Both the position numbers and the translations under genes were made by a program. Of a stretch of 26,044 bases of DNA, positions 20,544-26,044 are shown in pieces (the stretch's first letter is position 1; each line of letters begins with the position of its first letter). The stretch comes from Myxococcota bacterium. GTDB taxonomy: Bacteria > Myxococcota > JACRCW01. The notes below the pieces were generated by a model, which had not been told where the DNA came from, ran no database searches, and saw only the letters and a list, made by a program, of their open reading frames with translations. The DNA is taken from NCBI GenBank assembly GCA_040752415.1, contig JBFMGU010000151.1, positions 1 through 26,044 of the forward strand, written 5' to 3'.

Positions 20544-21797
20544 ATGGACATCATTGTCGAACAGAAAACGTATACCTTGTCGGCGCCAATTGCTCAGGGC
20601 GGTGAGGGCGAGATCTTTGTCCTAACGCCCACCTCCGTCGCCAAAGTCTACAAACCCAATGTTCTTGACCAAACACGTCAGCTCAAGGTGTTGGCCTTGT
20701 GCAATCTGTACCATGGTTTCATTGCACGCTTTGGGGAGATGGCCTGTGCATTTCCGCGAACGCCAGCGCACGTTGGCGGCTTCACCGTCACGGACATTGC
20801 AGGTTTTGCAATGAAATACTTCAATGGCTGCGGCACACTCGCGGACCACGGATACGACCTCCGTGCGGCCGCCTTCCGTGCCGTCGGCGCAGGCGCGCCG
20901 ATCAACGACGTAGATGCGGTCAAGGTGGTCTATGACGCGGCCCAGCTGGTGGAGCGGCTTCACTCCAGTCGAGTAATCCTAGGCGATATCAACCCGAACA
21001 ACTTCCTGTACGACGCTGCTTCGCGGTCTGCCATTGTGATCGACATTGACGCCGCACAGGTCGGGTCATTCTCCTGTAAGTCGTTCTCCCCAGAGTACTT
21101 GGACCCGCTTGTTCAAAGCCAAGGGCAGACACTGAGCGGCGGTTATTCCTTCAGCGCAGAAAGCGATTGGTTTTCCTTCGCTTGTGTAATGTTTGAATTC
21201 TTGGTCGGAGCCAATCCATTCTTTTCGAGATCAACGCCGCCGTTCAGTATCGAGGAGAATATCGAAGCTCGCCGGAGCCTTATTCGTACAATCGTTGAGG
21301 GTACGAAGACCATCAACGGAGTAAGTCTTGGCAACTCACCAGTAGACCTAAACATCATTGCCAGACTCCAGAGTCTCCGCAACGCATTTCCGGAACTGTT
21401 CGACTACTTCGTCGCGACCTTTGTTCGTGATGAGCGCCACAGCCTCATGTCGACTCTCACGCGCGATGACCCTCGCCACCCAGCGTATGTCTTCTTTTCT
21501 ACTAGCGGGTTTGACGCCGTGCTGGCCGATCTGGTCGCGCGGAGAAAGAAGGTGACTGCGGCGGCGAAAGCTCACCCACTGACAATTCCAGATTCCGGGA
21601 TGGCAACCTTATTGAGTACCGCGCGCCCGATGCCACACACAACGTTCCCCGACTCAGGGTTCGCAAGCATTCTCGGCATTGTCGGGCAGGGCCGCTCTGG
21701 CGACGTGGGGAGGCCGACTCCTCAGCCGAAGATGGATCCTCCCGCGTTGTCGATGTTCCTCGGTAGTCACGCGATTGGCGTCAACTCGCTCCCGTAG
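20544..21797 (+). CDS. Ser/Thr protein kinase (YegI-like) with a repeat-bearing C-terminal tail
   Basis: Motifs IAQGGEGEIF, VAKVYK, LGDINPNN, IDIDAA, PEY and SDWFSF. ATG 20544 follows AGGGAG. Confidence 0.9.
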   Translation: MDIIVEQKTYTLSAPIAQGGEGEIFVLTPTSVAKVYKPNVLDQTRQLKVLALCNLYHGFIARFGEMACAFPRTPAHVGGFTVTDIAGFAMKYFNGCGTLADHGYDLRAAAFRAVGAGAPINDVDAVKVVYDAAQLVERLHSSRVILGDINPNNFLYDAASRSAIVIDIDAAQVGSFSCKSFSPEYLDPLVQSQGQTLSGGYSFSAESDWFSFACVMFEFLVGANPFFSRSTPPFSIEENIEARRSLIRTIVEGTKTINGVSLGNSPVDLNIIARLQSLRNAFPELFDYFVATFVRDERHSLMSTLTRDDPRHPAYVFFSTSGFDAVLADLVARRKKVTAAAKAHPLTIPDSGMATLLSTARPMPHTTFPDSGFASILGIVGQGRSGDVGRPTPQPKMDPPALSMFLGSHAIGVNSLP

Positions 21798-21806
21798 GCA
21801 GCAACC

Positions 21807-22769
21807 ATGTCACCGCGCTTCTTGAGTACGCCGTTCGCTCATCACTTTGTTCAGCTCTCCTCATCAGAGCGAACTTGTGAGCTTCCCTTCGCGGTCGGTG
21901 GCGCCACACAGCAGGGCACCGCACACGTGGAGGATAACCAGAACAACCAAGATGCTCTTATTGTACGGCTCTTGCCGAACACAATCATCGGCGTGGTCGG
22001 TGATGGGTGTGCTTCAACGCACGAGAGCCTGCGCGACACGATTTCCAACAATGAGGTCGGAGCGAGGATTCTTGGGCACGCTTGCGCTCGGGCCACTGCT
22101 AACCTTGTGGTGCAAGGACTTTCACCAGACGACGCGGCGTTCTGGGGCTTGGTTGAGGACTCGCTGCTTGAGACCAGCCGCGCTCTCCTCGATGTTCTTG
22201 TTGGTCCACAAGAAGAGCAGCGCGCCACGGCAGCCCTGGATTTCCTCACAACGACCCTGCTGGTTTTCGTGGTTACCCCAGTATGTTACTCAGTATACGG
22301 CTGCGGTGATGGGGTTCTGGCGGTCAACGGAAAGATCAGAGTTCTCCCGACCCACGGGGCGTACTTGTCGTCACTGCTGCTCGGAGCAGGAGCTACCCAT
22401 GAGAAAGGTGAGGCCAGACCACGCGCGTTGGCGTGCCTTGCAAAAGGCGCTACGCACTCGCTGAACAGTCTCTTCTTGGCGACGGACGGATTCGCGGATC
22501 TAGTGAATGCTGCTGAGGGCATACTCTTGCCAATGCTTGGCGGCTTGGCGGCACACCCCCGCGAGGGCTTTGACTTTCTTCTTAAGGAGTTTCGCCAGCG
22601 GATTCTCTCAGACTCAAGGATGGAAAAGCATCCAGCGCTCTCCAATTGGCCACGTGACGACGCCTCTTTCCTCCTGCTGCGACGGGTTGCCTCGGCTGGG
22701 GCAGCAACGTTGGCGACGGAATCAGTGCAACAAATGGGTGACTCCAGTGATAAGCCTCACAGCAACTGA
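21807..22769 (+). CDS. PP2C-like protein phosphatase (YegK / PP2C_2 type)
   Basis: Motifs GTAH...NQDA, VGDGC, TTLL, GDG, LATDGF and DDAS. Confidence 0.88.
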   Translation: MSPRFLSTPFAHHFVQLSSSERTCELPFAVGGATQQGTAHVEDNQNNQDALIVRLLPNTIIGVVGDGCASTHESLRDTISNNEVGARILGHACARATANLVVQGLSPDDAAFWGLVEDSLLETSRALLDVLVGPQEEQRATAALDFLTTTLLVFVVTPVCYSVYGCGDGVLAVNGKIRVLPTHGAYLSSLLLGAGATHEKGEARPRALACLAKGATHSLNSLFLATDGFADLVNAAEGILLPMLGGLAAHPREGFDFLLKEFRQRILSDSRMEKHPALSNWPRDDASFLLLRRVASAGAATLATESVQQMGDSSDKPHSN

Positions 22770-24252
22770 CGTTTCGCGTGCTGGGGGATTTCTCGCCGCG
22801 CTGTCCGCAAAGTCCCTGGATTATCTAGGCCGCATCCATCGCCTCACTTGCGATTCGCAGGTAGAGCGCCGGATTCTTCGCCACGTCGTGCACACAGATC
22901 CTCATCTTGATGAATACTGTGCGGAGGCACTTTTCTCGAGCAGCATGAACGCTGCAACGAGGGAATCAATTGATTTTATTGAGGCATCGATCTACTCCCA
23001 AACCAGCGACTTGGGGGCTCAGAAGCTCTGGCCAGACGCCGCCGTGTTCGGGATTGGCGCATCGATAGCATGCGGCGCAACGCCAGTACTCCTGTTTGAC
23101 GAGCACGCGGCCGGAGGAGGGCGTTACTCTCCCTCCTGCACGTCGGCTGTCGCGGATTTCTTGGTGCGACCGAACGGGGCCAGCGTGCCGCCGAGCTTCG
23201 CTCAAGTGTTTCGTGAGGTGAGCGCGATCGACTCGTTTGGTAGGGCGCATCAACAGCACATAGGGAACATAATCAAGACGATGCATAACGCCAGGTTTCT
23301 ACTGAAGAAGGGAATTCAGCCGAAGGACGACATTCGCGACACGCTGACCCCGTACTGGAAACGCGCGGTGATCCAAGCCTGCCTCGCAGCGGTGGTTTGG
23401 GCATTAGAGGAGCACCTCGACATTGTTCGCGACTCCACAAGCGCAAGTGCAGCAACCAAAGCATCAATGCGACGCTATTTTCAAGCATCGCTGCACAGGG
23501 GTGCACGCGGATTTGACGAAGCAATGCACCGAATTCAATCGTTGTACGGCGACCAAGCAAAGGTATTTCAGCAGGCTTCGTTGCCCGCACCAGGCGGCGG
23601 TGCGCAGCGGGACGCATCAGGCAATGAGATTCCTCAACTCATGGTTCTTGGGCGCGTGTGCCGCGCTCTGAATGAGGCTTGGGGGCCGATGGTGGCCGAC
23701 GCCGTCATGATGCACTTTTGGGAGGTTGAGTTGCAGCGGGAACTGAACTTTCGCGCATTTGCGGCGGCGCTGGACAGCCTGCCAGCCGGAGCCGATCAAC
23801 CCGGGCATACTGCGAGTGAACTCGGTCGCGTTCGGAAGGAGGTCATCAAGGGCGTTCGCTGGCAGGAGCAGTCACGCCATCGAAGCTCGAGCAAGGTTGA
23901 GCACACAGTATGGGTCCTGAGCGTCACGCCACGTTCAGGTGTTTTCAACGCTCACCAGGTGGCACTCAATTTCATAAATACCAAGAACAATGGCCTCGGG
24001 CTTGTGCTTCTTGAGGATGGCGTTTTGGGTACAAAGACCGTCTTCAGGGCGCAGTCGATTCCCGAGCCGATTTGGCGGAGCGTCATGGATGAATTGCTTG
24101 GCCGAGAACCTGGCTGCTGGTACGATGCCTCATCCGGAAAAGGAGTTTCTGCACCATTCCTGAGCAATGGAAACAAGGCTCACCAGTACGTTCCACGGAG
24201 TGGCATAGATTGCCAAGCATTGGCCAGCGTCGTAGCGCGCGCATCGGCCTAA
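22738..24252 (+). CDS. MYG1/DHH-like putative metal-dependent phosphoesterase or nuclease
   Basis: HTDPHLDEYCA resembles the MYG1 HxxxxHxDExxA motif, and GIG...FDEH resembles DVGG...FDHH. GTG start at 22738 or 22747 overlaps the PP2C stop. Confidence 0.6.
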   Translation: MTPVISLTATDVSRAGGFLAALSAKSLDYLGRIHRLTCDSQVERRILRHVVHTDPHLDEYCAEALFSSSMNAATRESIDFIEASIYSQTSDLGAQKLWPDAAVFGIGASIACGATPVLLFDEHAAGGGRYSPSCTSAVADFLVRPNGASVPPSFAQVFREVSAIDSFGRAHQQHIGNIIKTMHNARFLLKKGIQPKDDIRDTLTPYWKRAVIQACLAAVVWALEEHLDIVRDSTSASAATKASMRRYFQASLHRGARGFDEAMHRIQSLYGDQAKVFQQASLPAPGGGAQRDASGNEIPQLMVLGRVCRALNEAWGPMVADAVMMHFWEVELQRELNFRAFAAALDSLPAGADQPGHTASELGRVRKEVIKGVRWQEQSRHRSSSKVEHTVWVLSVTPRSGVFNAHQVALNFINTKNNGLGLVLLEDGVLGTKTVFRAQSIPEPIWRSVMDELLGREPGCWYDASSGKGVSAPFLSNGNKAHQYVPRSGIDCQALASVVARASA

Positions 24253-24354
24253 CTCCGATTGCCTGAAGGTCTTGCAGGTTCTTGGTGCACGGAAGCGTCC
24301 CCAAAAGAAGAACGGCCCACAACATCGTGAGCCGTCGACGAGAAGGTGCATCGG

Positions 24355-24573
24355 TCAATTGGCGCGGAGGCACCACTGGCTCGCCCAACTACGAAATGGC
24401 ATGGTCGCGCCGTCTTTGGTGGTTGCCATGAGAACCGATCGCTGGTCAGGGGTCGTGTTGACCGCGGAGGCACCGACGCCGCTCATATCGGCGGAACGTG
24501 AGCCAGCCGGCCGAGCCCTCGCATTCATGATTTCACCAATGATCGACGCAAACCCGCTGTTGGGAATGTGCAT
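24355..24573 (-). CDS. 72-aa microprotein beginning with the PNSGFASIIG motif
   Basis: AGGAGG SD about 7 nt before ATG 24573. The N-terminus matches kinase-tail PDSGFASILG at 8 of 10 residues. Confidence 0.7.
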   Translation of the reverse strand: MHIPNSGFASIIGEIMNARARPAGSRSADMSGVGASAVNTTPDQRSVLMATTKDGATMPFRSWASQWCLRAN

Positions 24574-24600
24574 GTTGTTCCTCCTGTGGAAGACCTAGGG

Positions 24601-24645
24601 TTGACGAAGGCCACTCAGGTTGTTAGTGTGATGGCAACACTAACA
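24601..24645 (+). promoter_or_regulatory. Sigma70-like promoter overlapping a 9-bp inverted repeat, antisense to the serine recombinase
   Basis: TTGACG (24601-24606), 17 bp, then TAGTGT (24624-24629) with an extended -10 TG. Inverted repeat TGTTAGTGT (24621-24629) / ACACTAACA (24637-24645). Confidence 0.45.
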
Positions 24646-25923
24646 CATGACACCGTTTCCGTCAATACCCGGCGACGACAGCAGTTCCTCGGTGCTGATT
24701 CGAACATCCTTCATCACGCTGCACCATGAAAGAAGCTGGGGTGAAAGACCCTGGCTTTTTTCGTTGCCCACCAGCGCGAGTCTCGGGTTCGCGTCCCCGC
24801 CAAACCCGCTCCCATCCCCGCCACCGCCTTTGCCGCGGGTGCCTAGGACTTCCGACGCTCCGTTGAGCGGATTCTCGTCGGTCTCGGGCGGGTTCGCGTC
24901 CCTGGGCGCCGGTTGTCCACTCCACGCTCCGCGCAGCCGCCCGAACGGGTACCGCAAGCGAACCGTCACTTGGCGCTGCTGCACGGTGATGCCTTCACAG
25001 AGGTCGGCGAGCAGCTCTCGCTGCCTGTCTCGGTCCCCACTGTCAAAGGTCTCAGCGGCACTGGCAGCGGCCTCAAGGGCGGTCATGAGGTTGGCGTCTG
25101 CTTCAGTTTCCGTGCCCGAGGGGTCTGAGCTCCGATGCTGGAGATCCTCAAGCTCACCGAGCGCGCGGATGCGGGCCGACACGTACTCATCCTCGGACAA
25201 GTGACCCCTGGCGCACAGCGTGGTCAGGCGCGTCAGCTCCTGCTCCTTGGAGGCAACCTGTTTGCGGAGGTTCTCGGTTGTTGCGCGAATCCTGGTCAGC
25301 CGCTCTTCCCGCTCAGCTTCCAGCCAACGACGGGTCCAGGCAACAAGCCACGCCGGCACCGTGAGATCCCGCAGACATGCCGCGACCTGCGCGTGCACCT
25401 CCCGCTCGGTCACATACCGCTCCGGACAGGTGATGCTGCCCACTTTTCGCCGACCGCAGCGATAGTAGGTGTACTTGGTGCCATACCGGTTCACGTGGTC
25501 CTCGCCGACCACCGCGCGGCCACAGGCACCACAGCGCAGGAGGCCGGCATACGTGAAGGCGTGCTTGGAGGGACGTGGCGCGTCGACGCGGCCAAGGAGT
25601 ACTTGGATGCGCTCGAATTCAGCCTTCGTCACCATGGCCTCGTGCTCGCCCACGTACACCTCGCCACCATGCTTGATGAGCCCGGCATAGAAGGGCTTTT
25701 GAAGCATGGCGTAGAGGTACGAAACGCTGATGGGCCCTGCCGGGTGGCGACGTGACCCACGTGTGCGCAGGTTCAGCTCGTCGCGTGCGGCGAAATAGAG
25801 GTCGTGCACGGAGACCGTACCCGTAAGGTACCGCTTGAAGAGTTCCCGCACGAGGTCGAAACGCTCGGGGTCCCTGATGACCTTCCCAGCACCGCGGCCA
25901 CGGCTCGTGGGTGGCGTCTTCAG
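24640..25923 (-). pseudogene. Large serine recombinase, C-terminal part (recombinase domain, Zn ribbon, coiled coil), cut off from its catalytic N-terminus
   Basis: Motifs VIRDPERFDLVRELF, KPFYAG, GEHEAMVTKAEFERIQ, YAGLLRCGACG and YYRC, then a coiled coil. In-frame TAA at 25945-25947 upstream, and no resolvase domain in the window. Confidence 0.75.
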
Positions 25924-26044
25924 CCTGGATTTCGGGCGACTTGGTTAGCCGACCGTAGCAGCGGGCATGAGGGCGCAAGAACCGCCTTCTCGAGGCCTTC
26001 AGACGCTCTGAAGACGGTTTGAGCGCAGACCTCCCCCTTTCCCC
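25924..26044. mobile_element. Possible end of an insertion sequence (IS1380-like terminus) interrupting the recombinase
   Basis: CCTGGATTT begins about where recombinase-like sequence stops and resembles IS1380-family CCTxGATT termini. Nearby hairpin CTTCAGA-CGC-TCTGAAG at 25997-26013. No transposase in the window. Confidence 0.4.

Larger units (their letters stand above)
10441..26044. mobile_element. Genomic island / integrative mobilisable-type element at the tRNA-fMet 3' end; right end not in the window
   Basis: Tyrosine integrase directly after the tRNA, plus excisionase, Replic_Relax, coupling-type ATPase, visibly lower-GC cargo and a second recombinase. No duplicate of the tRNA 3' end was seen. 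Confidence 0.85.

Noticed and set aside
24697..24726. tRNA-3'-like fragment (GATTCGAAC...GCACCA) as attR
   Set aside because: It does not match the tRNA-fMet 3' end, and the T-loop-to-CCA spacing is wrong. It simply encodes the recombinase C-terminal W...DVR segment.
24784..24902. 14-bp direct repeat CGGGTTCGCGTCCC (24784-24797, 24889-24902)
   Set aside because: Only two copies, both encoding DANP in a low-complexity recombinase tail; no evidence of a separate function.
25924..26044. Group II intron end as the cause of the recombinase interruption
   Set aside because: No GTGCG 5' end or domain V (GAGCCG...GAAA...GTTC) signature is visible on either strand.

Overview
High-GC bacterial DNA, probably Myxococcota (inferred from a DUF4388 response regulator, a Cys-rich DAG-repeat lipoprotein and a plesiocin-like peptide). 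Bases 1-10440 are host chromosome: response regulator, epmA, hslV, a GH57 hydrolase, a small sigma70-region-4-like protein, uvrB, an orphan TTxxxxEE graspetide-like precursor, a Cys-rich lipoprotein and tRNA-fMet. From about 10441 to the window end is a genomic island at the tRNA 3' end, with no attR visible. It holds (i) a tightly coupled 8-gene minus-strand operon: membrane protein, vWA, membrane protein, coupling-type ATPase, Zn-ribbon, Replic_Relax, excisionase, tyrosine integrase; (ii) a wHTH/TPR gene convergent with a zf-HC2 mini-gene; (iii) a lower-GC vWA - kinase - PP2C operon related to TerY-P/YegLKI, with a fourth MYG1/DHH-like gene; and (iv) an interrupted large serine recombinase. 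The top observation is a motif P[DN]SG[MF]xx[LI][LI] that occurs 2-3 times in the kinase tail and once in each of two small ORFs flanking the kinase operon. This suggests an undescribed six-component phospho-signalling or defence system with motif-sharing microproteins. All family calls come from motif recognition by eye; no searches were run.
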